A stretch of 24,000 nt of DNA from Bacteroidota bacterium. Its GTDB lineage: Bacteria > Bacteroidota > Ignavibacteria > UBA10030 > UBA8401. Location of the stretch: the NCBI GenBank assembly GCA_040751955.1, contig JBFMFY010000009.1, forward strand, positions 49,973 to 73,972. The letters run 5' to 3'. The notes under the pieces were generated by a model. That model was not told the DNA's origin and searched no databases. It saw only the letters and a list, made by a program, of their open reading frames with translations. Shown one piece after another: positions 10,520-19,868 of this stretch (position 1 is its first letter; every line of letters starts with the position of its first letter). The translations under genes and the position numbers were made by a program.

Positions 10520-10873
10520 ATGGAAGCACGAGCAGTCAACCGTTATGTAGGAACCTCACCGCGCAAAATGCGGATCATCATCGATCTCATCCGCGGCAAG
10601 TCGGTCGGTGAAGCGATGAATATCCTTCACTTCCAGCCGAAACATGCGGCAAAGGATGCGGAGAAAGTTCTCCGCTCTGCGGTGTCGAATTTTCAGAACA
10701 AAGATGCGAACGCCGGCGTCAGCACTGAAGACCTGTATGTGAAAGAAGTGTTCGTAAACGGCGGACCGCAAATGAAGCGTATTCTTCCCGCACCGATGGG
10801 AAGGGCGTACCGTATGATCAAACGGTCGCACCATTTGACAATTATTGTCGATCAACGGAAATCAAAAAAATAA
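10520..10873 (+). CDS. rplV: 50S ribosomal protein L22
   Basis: 117 aa. MEARAVNRYVGTSPRKMRIIIDLIRGKSVGEAMNIL...MGRAYRMIKRSHHLTIIV. Confidence 0.96.
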   Translation: MEARAVNRYVGTSPRKMRIIIDLIRGKSVGEAMNILHFQPKHAAKDAEKVLRSAVSNFQNKDANAGVSTEDLYVKEVFVNGGPQMKRILPAPMGRAYRMIKRSHHLTIIVDQRKSKK

Positions 10874-10891
10874 TTCAGTTCAGGAGATACT

Positions 10892-11536
10892 TTGGGACAA
10901 AAGATTAATCCGACAGGATTGCGTTTAGGAATCATCAAGACCTGGGATTCAAACTGGTACGATGATAAAAGCTTTGCAGACAAATTGCTCGAAGACCACA
11001 ATGTTCGCAATTACCTCCGCAGCCGATTGAAGAAGGCGGGAGTATCGAAAATCCAGATTGAGCGGACACCGAAGAATGCACGCGTTACCATCCACACATC
11101 CCGTCCCGGTGTTGTGATTGGAAAAAGCGGCAAAGAGATCACACAGCTGGAAGAAGAACTGAAGAAGATCACGAACAAGGAAGTGAAGATTCTTATTAAT
11201 GAGATCAAGCGCCCCGAACTCGACGCAGCGCTCGTTGCGGAAAACATTGCGGCGCAACTCGAAGGGCGTATCGCATTCCGCCGAGCCATGAAACAAGCGA
11301 TCACCGCTGCGATGAGAATGGGCGCAGAAGGAATTCGCGTTAAGTGCGGCGGTCGTTTAGGCGGCGCTGAAATTGCGCGCACAGAGCAATATAAAGAAGG
11401 GCGCATTCCGCTGCACACGCTTCGTGCAGATATCGATTATGCACATGCCGAAGCGGCGACGATCTACGGAAAGATCGGCGTGAAAGTGTGGATCTGCAAA
11501 GGGGAGGTTCTCGAAAAAGTTGGACGCGGACAATAA
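10892..11536 (+). CDS. rpsC: 30S ribosomal protein S3
   Basis: 214 aa. [23 protein letters not shown], a KH-domain [11 protein letters not shown], and [32 protein letters not shown] start at 10892 with AGGAGA at 10882-10887. Confidence 0.96.
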   Translation: MGQKINPTGLRLGIIKTWDSNWYDDKSFADKLLEDHNVRNYLRSRLKKAGVSKIQIERTPKNARVTIHTSRPGVVIGKSGKEITQLEEELKKITNKEVKILINEIKRPELDAALVAENIAAQLEGRIAFRRAMKQAITAAMRMGAEGIRVKCGGRLGGAEIARTEQYKEGRIPLHTLRADIDYAHAEAATIYGKIGVKVWICKGEVLEKVGRGQ

Positions 11537-11557
11537 CTGTAACCGGAGTTTTGAACT

Positions 11558-11977
11558 ATGTTAATGCCAAAAAGAGTAAAGTTTAGAAGAGCACAACGCG
11601 GACGCATGAAAGGGGCTGCAACACGAGGTGCATCCGTTGCATTCGGCGATTACGGATTGAAAGCAATGGAGCCGGGATGGATCTCAGCCCGCCAGATTGA
11701 AGCGGCGCGCGTTGCGTTGACCCGCTTGATGAAGCGCGAAGGAAAAGTCTGGATCCGGATATTCCCCGATAAGCCGGTGTCAAAGAAACCTGCTGAAACA
11801 CGTATGGGAAGCGGTAAAGGTGCGCCGGAGTTTTGGGTTGCCGTTGTGAAACCCGGACGCATTATGTTCGAAGTCGGAGGAATCCGGAAAGAGATGGCAC
11901 AGGAAGCATTGGCGCTTGCATCGCACAAACTTCCGATCAAAACACGATTTGTATCACGCATAGATTTGGTTGCGTAA
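11558..11977 (+). CDS. rplP: 50S ribosomal protein L16
   Basis: 139 aa. [19 protein letters not shown]...[15 protein letters not shown]...[24 protein letters not shown]. Confidence 0.97.
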   Translation: MLMPKRVKFRRAQRGRMKGAATRGASVAFGDYGLKAMEPGWISARQIEAARVALTRLMKREGKVWIRIFPDKPVSKKPAETRMGSGKGAPEFWVAVVKPGRIMFEVGGIRKEMAQEALALASHKLPIKTRFVSRIDLVA

Positions 11978-11987
11978 GGAGCGAGAC

Positions 11988-12203
11988 ATGAAATCACACG
12001 AACTGAGACAATTGACCGATGATGAACTCGCAAAACGCATCGAAGAGAACAAAGAATCACTGGCAACGATGAAATTCCAGAAGGTGACCAGTCAGGTCGA
12101 GAATACATCGAAGTTTACTTTGCTTCGCAAGGATATCGCCCGCATGAAGACGATCCTGCGCGAACGACAATTATCCAAACCAAAAATTGCTGCTCAGCAA
12201 TAA
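11988..12203 (+). CDS. rpmC: 50S ribosomal protein L29
   Basis: The ORF track starts at TTG 11970, which overlaps the rplP end. ATG 11988, preceded by AAGGAG (11976-11981), gives MKSHELRQLTDDELAKRIEENKESLATMKFQ, a typical L29. The product is 71 aa. Confidence 0.92.
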   Translation: MKSHELRQLTDDELAKRIEENKESLATMKFQKVTSQVENTSKFTLLRKDIARMKTILRERQLSKPKIAAQQ

Positions 12204-12218
12204 TTGTTAAGAGGAATG

Positions 12219-12476
12219 ATGGAACAACGTAACAGCCGTAAAACACGAGTCGGGAAGGTCGTCAGTAACAAGATGCAGAAAAGCATCGTTGTGGCTGTCG
12301 AGCGCAAAGTAGCGCACCCGCTGTACAAAAAATACTTCAGACGCACGACGAAGTTTTATGTGCATGATGAAAAAAACGAAGCGACAGTGGGCGACACCGT
12401 AAAGATTATGGAGACGCGTCCGTTGAGCAAAATGAAACGCTGGCGCCTCGTCGAAGTTGTAGCAAAGGCACAATAA
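12219..12476 (+). CDS. rpsQ: 30S ribosomal protein S17
   Basis: [39 protein letters not shown]...[23 protein letters not shown] 12219 is favoured because its spacing to AAGAGG (12208-12213) is better. ATG 12216 is an equally homologous alternative. The track's TTG start at 12204 abuts the rpmC stop and is unlikely. Confidence 0.92.
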   Translation: MEQRNSRKTRVGKVVSNKMQKSIVVAVERKVAHPLYKKYFRRTTKFYVHDEKNEATVGDTVKIMETRPLSKMKRWRLVEVVAKAQ

Positions 12477-12503
12477 GTTTAAGAGTACCGTTCGGAGACG
12501 ATT

Positions 12504-12872
12504 ATGATTCAAGAAGAAACCAATTTGGTTGTTGCAGATAATTCAGGGGCAAAAAAGGTCCGGTGTATCCGTGTGCTCGGCGGCCACGACAGGCGCTACG
12601 CCTCGGTCGGCGATCTCGTCGTCGTATCTGTTAAAGCGGCGATCCCCGGCGCCACAGTGAAAAAGGGAGAAGTTTCCCGCGCCGTTGTTGTCCGCACGAA
12701 GAAAGAGGTCGGACGGAAAGATGGTTCGTACATTCGGTTCGACGAGAATGCAGTCGTGCTCGTCAATGCACAGAATGAACCGCGAGGAACACGCATCTTC
12801 GGTCCCGTTGCCCGCGAGTTGCGCGAGCGTCAATTCATGAAGATCGTTTCACTGGCACCCGAAGTGTTGTAA
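12504..12872 (+). CDS. rplN: 50S ribosomal protein L14
   Basis: 122 aa. [27 protein letters not shown]...[12 protein letters not shown]...[13 protein letters not shown]. Confidence 0.98.
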   Translation: MIQEETNLVVADNSGAKKVRCIRVLGGHDRRYASVGDLVVVSVKAAIPGATVKKGEVSRAVVVRTKKEVGRKDGSYIRFDENAVVLVNAQNEPRGTRIFGPVARELRERQFMKIVSLAPEVL

Positions 12873-12890
12873 TCAGAAAGAGAGTTCGTC

Positions 12891-13214
12891 ATGCACGTAA
12901 AGAAAAATGATATCGTCGTCGTGGTCGCAGGAAATTCCAAGGGAAAAGAAGGGAAAGTGTTGAAGGTATTTCCTGAAAATCACAGAGTGATTGTGGAAGG
13001 TGTGAATGTTGTGAAACGCCACACACGCCCAAATCAAAAAAATCCACAGGGGGGCGTTGTCCAAAAAGAAGCGCCGATCAATGCATCCAATGTGATGATC
13101 AAAGATCCGAAAAGCGGTGAAAAGACTCGCATCGGATATGCACGGACGAAGGATGCGGTCAGCGGCAAGAAAAAAGTGATGCGCGTGGCGCAAAAGAGCG
13201 GAGAAATGTTCTAA
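12891..13214 (+). CDS. rplX: 50S ribosomal protein L24
   Basis: 107 aa. KOW motif [26 protein letters not shown], followed by [10 protein letters not shown]. Confidence 0.95.
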   Translation: MHVKKNDIVVVVAGNSKGKEGKVLKVFPENHRVIVEGVNVVKRHTRPNQKNPQGGVVQKEAPINASNVMIKDPKSGEKTRIGYARTKDAVSGKKKVMRVAQKSGEMF

Positions 13215-13269
13215 TATTCAATCATGGCATTACGCGAACAACGTGATGCACTAATGTACGAGAAGAGTC

Positions 13270-13911
13270 ATGGCAAAAGAGAAAACAAAAAAAGAAAGCA
13301 AAGGGGAACAGAAAAAAGGAAGTCACGTCCGTGAAGCAGGCGTCTATCCCCGGCTCGCCGAAAAGTATTCCAAAGAGATCGTCCCGGCAATGATGAAGCG
13401 ATTCAATTATAAGAACGTGATGCAGGTGCCGAAGCTCGAAAAAATATCCGTGAACGTCGGCGTCGGGCAAGCGACTCAGGACCAGAAACTGCTTGAGACA
13501 GCGGTTACGGAACTTGAAGCAATTACCGGTCAAAAAGCGGCTGTAACTAAGGCGAAGAAAGCGATCTCGAATTTTAAACTACGTCAAGGGCTGCCCATCG
13601 GGGCACGCACCACGCTGCGCGGACGGATGATGTACGAATTTCTCGACAGGCTTGTAACATTGGCAATGCCGCAGATCCGCGACTTCCGCGGCGTCTCCGA
13701 CCGTTCGTTCGATGGACGGGGCAACTACACGCTCGGTATTAAAGAACAGATCATTTTTCCGGAGATTGATGCAGACCGCGTGACAAAAATTTCCGGCATG
13801 GATGTCACGTTCGTGACAACCGCAAACACCGATATGGAAGCGATGGAGCTGCTGAAATTGTTCGGCATGCCGTTCGTAAAACGAGAACAACCAATAGCAA
13901 AAGCTAGCTAA
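13270..13911 (+). CDS. rplE: 50S ribosomal protein L5, with an N-terminal Lys-rich extension of about 26 aa
   Basis: 213 aa. The homologous core starts near [40 protein letters not shown]. No in-frame ATG, GTG or TTG exists between 13270 and the core, so the extension [26 protein letters not shown] appears to be translated. Confidence 0.93.
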   Translation: MAKEKTKKESKGEQKKGSHVREAGVYPRLAEKYSKEIVPAMMKRFNYKNVMQVPKLEKISVNVGVGQATQDQKLLETAVTELEAITGQKAAVTKAKKAISNFKLRQGLPIGARTTLRGRMMYEFLDRLVTLAMPQIRDFRGVSDRSFDGRGNYTLGIKEQIIFPEIDADRVTKISGMDVTFVTTANTDMEAMELLKLFGMPFVKREQPIAKAS

Positions 13912-13921
13912 AAGGGAGACT

Positions 13922-14191
13922 ATGGCAAAATTAAGTTCAGTAGCGCGTCAACGTCGACGTGAAAAGTTGGTGGCAAAATTTGCCGCGAAACGGAAAGAGC
14001 TGATCGAACAGGGAGATGTTGAAGGGTTGCGGAAACTTCCCCGCGACAGCAATCCGAACAGGTTGAAAAACCGCTGCAACCTTACAGGACGCACACGCGG
14101 ATACTACCGCAAGTTCGGTCTCTCACGGCTGATGCTGCGCAAACTGGCACATGAAGGTAAAATTCCCGGACTTGTGAAAGCAAGCTGGTAA
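13922..14191 (+). CDS. rpsN: 30S ribosomal protein S14 (long form, without a zinc-binding Cys motif)
   Basis: 89 aa. [17 protein letters not shown]...[40 protein letters not shown]. It has a single Cys, so it is not the CxxC...CxxC short form. Confidence 0.96.
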   Translation: MAKLSSVARQRRREKLVAKFAAKRKELIEQGDVEGLRKLPRDSNPNRLKNRCNLTGRTRGYYRKFGLSRLMLRKLAHEGKIPGLVKASW

Positions 14192-14214
14192 CGAAATCAG
14201 GAGAAGATTGTACA

Positions 14215-14613
14215 ATGGCTCATTCAGATCCAATAGCAGATTATCTCACACGTCTTCGCAATGCGATTCAGGCGAAACACAAGAAAGTTGAAATACCTGC
14301 TTCCAATGTTAAGAAAGAAATCACCCGCATTCTTGCCGACAACAAGCTGATCACCTCGTACGAAGTGGTTGAAACGGAGAACAAGCAGGGTGCAATCCGC
14401 ATCGCGTTGAAGTATTTCAACGGTGCGAACGTGATCAAAGGAAGCAGACGCATCAGCACGCCGGGACGCCGTTCGTACCGCACGGTATCAGAACTTCCGC
14501 GCGTGAACAATGGATTGGGTCTTGCGATCATTTCGACACCGAAAGGATTGATGTCGGACAAACAAGCGCGCAAAGAAAACGTCGGCGGAGAAGTCCTCTG
14601 CCTCATTTGGTAA
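14215..14613 (+). CDS. rpsH: 30S ribosomal protein S8
   Basis: 132 aa. DPIADYLTRLRNAIQAKHKKVEIPASNVKKEI...GLAIISTPKGLMSDKQARKENVGGEVLCLIW. Confidence 0.97.
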   Translation: MAHSDPIADYLTRLRNAIQAKHKKVEIPASNVKKEITRILADNKLITSYEVVETENKQGAIRIALKYFNGANVIKGSRRISTPGRRSYRTVSELPRVNNGLGLAIISTPKGLMSDKQARKENVGGEVLCLIW

Positions 14614-14626
14614 AAAGGAGTAGATC

Positions 14627-15172
14627 GTGTCACGTATTGGAAGAAAACCTGTTGTGATCCCCAGCGGCGTTACGGTGACATCGTCCAACGGTGTTGTGAC
14701 GGTGAAAGGCAAGCTGGGAGAATTGAAAGAACGGCTTCACTCGCACATCACTGTCGATGTGAAGGGGAATGAAGTACATGTACAGCGTGCCAGCGATGCG
14801 CGTCCGGACCGCGCTTTGCACGGAACCACACGCGCAAATATCCAGAACATGGTCAAGGGTGTCACCGAAGGATTCAGCAAGAAACTGGAATTGGTCGGCG
14901 TCGGGTACAAAGCGGAAATCAAGGGGAAGAATCTTGCTCTCGCGCTCGGCTTCTCGCACCCGATCGTTTTCCGTGCACCGGAATCGATCAAGATCGAAGC
15001 TCCGACTCAGACGAGCATTTTGATCTCCGGATCAGACAAACAATTGGTCGGACTTGTTGCTGCAAAGCTCCGCTCATTCAAACAGCCCGAGCCGTACAAA
15101 GGCAAAGGCGTGAAGTACGAAAACGAATATATCCGCCGCAAAGCAGGTAAAACCGCTGCGAGCGCAAAATAA
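14627..15172 (+). CDS. rplF: 50S ribosomal protein L6
   Basis: 181 aa. MSRIGRKPVVIPSGVTV...ELVGVGYKAE...EPYKGKGVKYENEYIRRKAGK. GTG start at 14627 with AAGGAG at 14615-14620. Confidence 0.96.
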   Translation: MSRIGRKPVVIPSGVTVTSSNGVVTVKGKLGELKERLHSHITVDVKGNEVHVQRASDARPDRALHGTTRANIQNMVKGVTEGFSKKLELVGVGYKAEIKGKNLALALGFSHPIVFRAPESIKIEAPTQTSILISGSDKQLVGLVAAKLRSFKQPEPYKGKGVKYENEYIRRKAGKTAASAK

Positions 15173-15192
15173 TCAATTTGTGAAGTGACTCT

Positions 15193-15561
15193 ATGATAAA
15201 GAAAGAATTCAATAAGCGACGGCTTCGGATCAAATCGACGATCCGCAAAAAGATCTACGGAACGTCTGAACGTCCGCGGTTTACAGTGTACCGAAGCCTC
15301 AACGAGATCTACGGGCAGATTATCGACGATAATGCGGGAAAGACACTCGTCTCCGTCTCGTCCAATTCCAAAGATGTAAAAGGCGAACTTGCGGCGGCAA
15401 AGTCAAAAGTGGAACGTTCTACCATCGTCGGAAAAGTACTGGCAAAGAAAGCACTGGAAAAAAATATCAGCGCTGTCGTTTTTGACCGCAACGGGTATCT
15501 CTACCACGGACGCGTGAAAGCGCTCGCCGATGGCGCCCGTGAAGGCGGATTGAAGTTCTGA
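15193..15561 (+). CDS. rplR: 50S ribosomal protein L18
   Basis: 122 aa. [31 protein letters not shown]...[28 protein letters not shown]. Confidence 0.96.
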   Translation: MIKKEFNKRRLRIKSTIRKKIYGTSERPRFTVYRSLNEIYGQIIDDNAGKTLVSVSSNSKDVKGELAAAKSKVERSTIVGKVLAKKALEKNISAVVFDRNGYLYHGRVKALADGAREGGLKF

Positions 15562-15582
15562 AAATTATATGTACGGCAACAT

Positions 15583-15653
15583 TGTCGTGTCGTCCAATGG
15601 CAGGACAGCGGCCTTTGGAGCCGTTAATCCTGGTTCGAATCCAGGCACGACAG
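15583..15653 (+). tRNA. tRNA-Gln (anticodon UUG), 71 nt, no encoded CCA
   Basis: Cloverleaf folded by hand. Acceptor stem TGTCGTG (15583-89) pairs with CACGACA (15646-52). U8 is present. D stem GTCC/GGAC carries the loop AATGGCA (A14, G18G19, A21). Anticodon stem GCGGC/GCCGT (one G-U pair) carries the loop C-U-UUG-G-A, with the anticodon at 15615-15617. The variable loop is TAAT. T arm CCTGG-TTCGAAT-CCAGG includes the T54-psi55-C56 consensus. Discriminator G73 is at 15653. U1-A72, G2-C71, G10 and G73 are known bacterial tRNA-Gln identity features. The T arm is, from memory, near-identical to E. coli tRNA-Gln. Confidence 0.9.
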
Positions 15654-15693
15654 CAACAGATAACGAATGTTCATAACAAAGTGAGGTTTTACC

Positions 15694-16197
15694 TTGGCAC
15701 GAATTAAAGCAAGCGAACTGGATCTGAAGGACAAACTGGTGCATATCAACCGCGTCGCGAAAGTGGTAAAAGGTGGACGGCGGTTTAGTTTCAACGCCAT
15801 TGTAGTTGTTGGAGACGGTAACGGGCACGTCGGTGTTGGACTCGGCAAAGCAAACGAAGTCGCTGATGCGATCGCAAAGGGGACTGACGATGCAAAGAAG
15901 AATGTGGTAAAAGTACCGATCATCAACGGAACAGTGCCGCACGAAGTGCACGGCAAATACGGTGCAGGGAAAGTACTGCTTCGTCCCGCTGCTCCCGGTA
16001 CGGGATTGATCGCCGGCGGCGGTGTGCGCGCCGTGCTCGAGTTGGCAGGGGTCAAAGACGTGTTGACCAAACAGATGGGTTCATCGAATCCCCACAATGT
16101 TGTGAAAGCAACGTTAAGCGCGTTACTCTCCATGCGCGATGCGCGTATGATCGCACAGGAACGCGGCATTTCCGTTCAAGAACTTTTTCAAAATTAA
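15694..16197 (+). CDS. rpsE: 30S ribosomal protein S5
   Basis: 167 aa. [59 protein letters not shown] start at 15694 with GAGG at 15683-15686. Confidence 0.96.
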   Translation: MARIKASELDLKDKLVHINRVAKVVKGGRRFSFNAIVVVGDGNGHVGVGLGKANEVADAIAKGTDDAKKNVVKVPIINGTVPHEVHGKYGAGKVLLRPAAPGTGLIAGGGVRAVLELAGVKDVLTKQMGSSNPHNVVKATLSALLSMRDARMIAQERGISVQELFQN

Positions 16198-16211
16198 GGG
16201 TGTGAGAGACC

Positions 16212-16406
16212 ATGGCAGCGCCGAAAAAAATCAAGATCACGCAGACCAAGAGTATCATTGATACGCTGGCGAAACACAAAGCGACCATTAAGGCACTCGG
16301 CCTCGGTCGTCCGCACTATACAGTTGTCCATACGGATACGCCGCAAATCCGCGGCATGATCAACAAAGTACGGCATCTGGTAAAAGTGGAAGACGTTCAA
16401 TCATAA
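16212..16406 (+). CDS. rpmD: 50S ribosomal protein L30
   Basis: 64 aa. [55 protein letters not shown]. Its position between S5 and L15 is as expected. Confidence 0.94.
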   Translation: MAAPKKIKITQTKSIIDTLAKHKATIKALGLGRPHYTVVHTDTPQIRGMINKVRHLVKVEDVQS

Positions 16407-16464
16407 TTTAACAACCGATGAAGCGAGCTCCGGCTCCGGAGCGATAGTACCATCAGGAGAAGCA

Positions 16465-16956
16465 ATGGCAGATTACTTAAGTAACTTACGCTACGCACAA
16501 GGTTCCAAGAAGAAAAAGAAACGCATCGGCCGCGGACAAGGTTCAGGACACGGCGGTACATCGACACGCGGACATAAAGGACAGGGTTCCCGCTCCGGTT
16601 CCGGCATCAAACGGAACTTTGAAGGTGGGCAGATGCCTTTGGTTCGCCGCCTTCCCAAGTTCGGATTCACTCCCGTTCATCGCGTTGAATTTGCAGTGGT
16701 GAATGTCAGCACACTGCAAAAACTGGTTGATACCAAAAAGATCGCTGATGGCACCGTTACGCCCGAAGTGTTGTACTCTGTAGGGGCTGTGTCGGATAAA
16801 AAGGCACCTGTGAAGATTCTCGGCGACGGCGAATTGAAATCGAAATTAACCGTGACGGCACATAAATTCAGCGCATCGGCGGTTACAAAGATCACAGCAG
16901 CAGGCGGCTCGACGAAAGAACTCGTCGCGGAAACGCCCGTTGTCCAACAAAAATGA
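16465..16956 (+). CDS. rplO: 50S ribosomal protein L15
   Basis: 163 aa. KRIGRGQGSGHGGTSTRGHKGQGSRSG...FEGGQMPLVRRLPKFGF. Confidence 0.96.
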   Translation: MADYLSNLRYAQGSKKKKKRIGRGQGSGHGGTSTRGHKGQGSRSGSGIKRNFEGGQMPLVRRLPKFGFTPVHRVEFAVVNVSTLQKLVDTKKIADGTVTPEVLYSVGAVSDKKAPVKILGDGELKSKLTVTAHKFSASAVTKITAAGGSTKELVAETPVVQQK

Positions 16957-16965
16957 AACTGATCA

Positions 16966-18306
16966 ATGAGCAAGTTTACTGAAAGTTTCCGAAATATTTT
17001 CAAGATCGAAGAACTGCGTACACGGCTTCTATTTACGGCAGGACTGTTGATCGTTGTCCGTATCGGCTCGCACGTTACATTGCCTGGTGTCGATGCCGGC
17101 GTTCTTGCCGATGCTATGCGCAATCAGGCAAGCAATACGTTGTTTGGTCTCTACGACATGTTCGTCGGCGGTGCGTTCAGCAACGCGGCTATCTTCGCTC
17201 TCGGCATCATGCCATACATCAGCGCATCGATCATCATTCAATTGCTCGGCGCCGTCGTTCCGTTTTTCCAGAAATTGCAGAAAGAAGGCGAAGCGGGACG
17301 AAAGAAGATCAATCAGTACACCCGTCTCGGCACAGTGGTGATTTCATTGCTTCAAGCGTGGGGCGTCAGTGTGCGGTTGGAAAGTTTGAATGCCAACGGC
17401 ATCCCGATTGTGCCGGCAGAAGTACAGGGGATTTTCTTTGCGTTCAGCACCATGATTTTTCTGACGTCGGGTACGATGTTTATGATGTGGCTGGGTGAAC
17501 AGATTACCGAGCGTGGTATCGGCAACGGTATCTCATTGATTATCTTCATTGGCATTATCGCTCGATTTCCCCATGCAGTGCTGGATGAATTCCAGTTGGT
17601 GAGTTCCGGCGCACGCCCAATCATCATTGAATTGATCATCTGGGGTGCCATGTTGCTGATCGTTGCCGGTGTTGTGATGGTTACGCAGGGTACGCGCCGA
17701 ATTCCCGTGCAATATGCTAAGCGTGTTGTCGGTAGAAAAGTGTACGGCGGCGTTACTCAATATATCCCGATGCGTGTGAACACCGCAGGTGTTATGCCAA
17801 TTATTTTTGCGCAGTCGATCATGTTTATCCCCAGCACGATTCTGACATTCTTCCCGGACAGTGAATTTGTCGGGTCCATCGCGGGGTATCTTGAATATAC
17901 ATCGGTGACCTATTCCATTTTTTACGGATTGATGATCGTATTCTTTACGTACTTTTATACCGCAATCGCATTTAATCCGGCAGATGTGGCGGACAACATG
18001 CAGAAGAACGGCGGATTCATTCCCGGTATTCGCCCCGGAAAACACACGTCGGAATTCATCGACAATATTTTAACGAAGATCACGCTTCCCGGATCGATCT
18101 TTCTTGCGATCATTGCAGTGTTACCGGCATTCATGGTTCGTTTCGGCATCACGTCAAGTTTTGCATCGTTCTTTGGCGGCACAAGTTTGTTGATATCTGT
18201 CGGCGTTGCGCTCGATACGCTGCAGCAGATCGAATCGCATCTGTTGATGCGGCACTACGACGGATTTATGAAGAGCGGGAAGATCAAAGGCCGCATCGGT
18301 CGTTGA
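16966..18306 (+). CDS. secY: Preprotein translocase subunit SecY
   Basis: 446 aa polytopic membrane protein. It contains IFALGIMPYISASIIIQLL and GNGISLIIFIGI and has the expected roughly ten hydrophobic segments. It occupies the canonical position after rplO. Confidence 0.97.
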   Translation: MSKFTESFRNIFKIEELRTRLLFTAGLLIVVRIGSHVTLPGVDAGVLADAMRNQASNTLFGLYDMFVGGAFSNAAIFALGIMPYISASIIIQLLGAVVPFFQKLQKEGEAGRKKINQYTRLGTVVISLLQAWGVSVRLESLNANGIPIVPAEVQGIFFAFSTMIFLTSGTMFMMWLGEQITERGIGNGISLIIFIGIIARFPHAVLDEFQLVSSGARPIIIELIIWGAMLLIVAGVVMVTQGTRRIPVQYAKRVVGRKVYGGVTQYIPMRVNTAGVMPIIFAQSIMFIPSTILTFFPDSEFVGSIAGYLEYTSVTYSIFYGLMIVFFTYFYTAIAFNPADVADNMQKNGGFIPGIRPGKHTSEFIDNILTKITLPGSIFLAIIAVLPAFMVRFGITSSFASFFGGTSLLISVGVALDTLQQIESHLLMRHYDGFMKSGKIKGRIGR

Positions 18307-18318
18307 TGCGATAGCAGG

Positions 18319-19086
18319 ATGGCGATCTCGATAAAATCGGAACAGGAAATCGGGTTGATGCGTGAGAGCTGCCAGATCGTTGCTGATGTCATCAAACTCG
18401 TCAGTACACAGATCAAACCGGGAGTGACGACGGGAGAGTTGGATTTGCTGGCGGAAGATTATATCAAGAGTTGTGGTGGGGTTCCCGCATTTAAAGGATA
18501 TGGTTTTGAAGAAGGAAACCCGTTTCCTGGAACATTGTGTGTCTCTATCGATAGTGAAGTCGTGCACGGAATACCCGGCAAGCGCGTGCTGAGAGCAGGT
18601 GAGATTGTTTCGATCGATGTGGGAGTAAAGAAGAACGGTTTTTACGGAGACGGTGCGTTCACATTTGCGGTCGGCGACGTCTCGGAAGAGAAAAAGCGAT
18701 TGATGAAAGTGACAAAAGAATCGCTCGACAAAGCGGTGGAGCAGGCGATAGCGGGGAACAGGATCGGAGATATAGCACACACTGTGCAGTCGCACGTTGA
18801 AGAGGCTGGATATTCAGTGGTGCGGGATTTGGTGGGTCATGCAGTGGGACGCGAATTGCATGAAGATCCCCAGGTACCAAACTACGGAAAGCCGAATAAA
18901 GGGACGGTGCTGAAGGAAGGAATGACGCTGGCAATTGAGCCGATGGTGAATATGGGAACGTATGAAGTGCTGACGGCGGCGGACCGGTGGACGATCATCA
19001 CGAAAGACGGTATGCCGTCGGCGCATTACGAGTACACAATCGTCGTACGAAAAGACAAAGCGGAAATTTTAACGGTCTATAATTAA
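18319..19086 (+). CDS. map: Type I methionine aminopeptidase
   Basis: 255 aa. Metal-ligand context is present: [52 protein letters not shown], and [10 protein letters not shown]. Confidence 0.95.
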   Translation: MAISIKSEQEIGLMRESCQIVADVIKLVSTQIKPGVTTGELDLLAEDYIKSCGGVPAFKGYGFEEGNPFPGTLCVSIDSEVVHGIPGKRVLRAGEIVSIDVGVKKNGFYGDGAFTFAVGDVSEEKKRLMKVTKESLDKAVEQAIAGNRIGDIAHTVQSHVEEAGYSVVRDLVGHAVGRELHEDPQVPNYGKPNKGTVLKEGMTLAIEPMVNMGTYEVLTAADRWTIITKDGMPSAHYEYTIVVRKDKAEILTVYN

Positions 19087-19087
19087 C

Positions 19088-19306
19088 ATGTCCAAACAAG
19101 ATGCAATCAAAGTCGATGGAGTCATTACGGAAACATTGCCCAATGCATCGTTTCGAGTAAAACTCGACAACGGACATGAAATTCTTGCCCACATCTCCGG
19201 TAAAATGAGGATGCACTACATCAAAATTCTTGTAGGAGACAAAGTGACGGTGGAGCTTTCGCCGTACGATTTAAGCAAGGGCAGAATCACGTATCGGTAC
19301 AAATAA
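19088..19306 (+). CDS. infA: Translation initiation factor IF-1
   Basis: 72 aa. [64 protein letters not shown]. It starts 1 nt after the map stop. Confidence 0.97.
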   Translation: MSKQDAIKVDGVITETLPNASFRVKLDNGHEILAHISGKMRMHYIKILVGDKVTVELSPYDLSKGRITYRYK

Positions 19307-19327
19307 GAGTTCACAAAAGGGACAGTC

Positions 19328-19444
19328 ATGAAAGTTCGTGCATCAGTAAAGAAGATCTGTGAAAACTGCAAGATCATCCGCCGCAAAGGCAAAGTAATGG
19401 TGATCTGCAAGAAGAATCCAAAACACAAACAACGTCAAGGTTAA
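19328..19444 (+). CDS. rpmJ: 50S ribosomal protein L36 (zinc-ribbon form)
   Basis: Not in the ORF track because it is under 60 aa. My translation is [38 protein letters not shown], 38 aa, with a CxxC...C...H motif. It sits in the canonical infA-rpmJ-rpsM position. Confidence 0.95.
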   Translation: MKVRASVKKICENCKIIRRKGKVMVICKKNPKHKQRQG

Positions 19445-19464
19445 TAGATTAGGAGATACTATCA

Positions 19465-19848
19465 GTGGCTCGTATTGCCGGTGTTGATTTACCAAAAAAT
19501 AAACGTTCCGTTGTCGGTCTCACATACATCTACGGTGTGGGACGGAAAACTGCGGAAGATATTCTTGCCAAGGCGGGGATCGATGAGAACAAAAAAGTGG
19601 GGTCGCTGACGGATGACGAGGTCAACAAGATCCGTACGATCCTGCAGACCGAGTACAAGACCGAAGGTGCGCTGCGTGCAGAAACGCAGATGAGCATCAA
19701 GCGGTTGATGGATATCGGGTCGTACCGCGGTTTGCGTCATCGTAAAGGCTTGCCCGTCCGCGGTCAGCGCACGCGGACGAATTCCCGTACGCGCAAAGGG
19801 AAGCGGAAGACAGTGGCAGGAAAGAAGAAAGCAATCGCTAAGAAATAA
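19465..19848 (+). CDS. rpsM: 30S ribosomal protein S13
   Basis: 127 aa. [34 protein letters not shown]...[31 protein letters not shown] start at 19465 with AGGAGA at 19451-19456. Confidence 0.96.
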   Translation: MARIAGVDLPKNKRSVVGLTYIYGVGRKTAEDILAKAGIDENKKVGSLTDDEVNKIRTILQTEYKTEGALRAETQMSIKRLMDIGSYRGLRHRKGLPVRGQRTRTNSRTRKGKRKTVAGKKKAIAKK

Positions 19849-19868
19849 TCAGTCTGAAAGGATGAACT

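Noticed and set aside
13224-13334. A 36-codon upstream ORF ([36 protein letters not shown]) that overlaps the rplE start in another frame.
   Set aside because: It has no Shine-Dalgarno. Its basic composition is a by-product of the A-rich DNA encoding the L5 N-terminal tail. The start region is better explained as an RNA hairpin (see findings).
15565-15951. 128-aa minus-strand ORF spanning the rplR-rpsE spacer.
   Set aside because: Its C-terminal part is simply the reverse-complement translation of the tRNA-Gln gene, and the rest is antisense to rpsE. It is not a gene.
16427-16442. GC-rich hairpin and tandem GCTCCG-GCTCCG in the rpmD-rplO spacer, considered as an internal terminator.
   Set aside because: The stem is only about 6 bp with a tight loop and is followed by GATAGTACC rather than a U-tract. 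It sits mid-operon directly before the rplO Shine-Dalgarno. The evidence is not enough to call it a terminator or a repeat element.
18307-18318. Absence of adk between secY and map, considered as a possible deletion or rearrangement scar.
   Set aside because: The secY-map junction is only 12 nt with no remnant sequence. adk is not universally located here, so this is normal variation in operon content.
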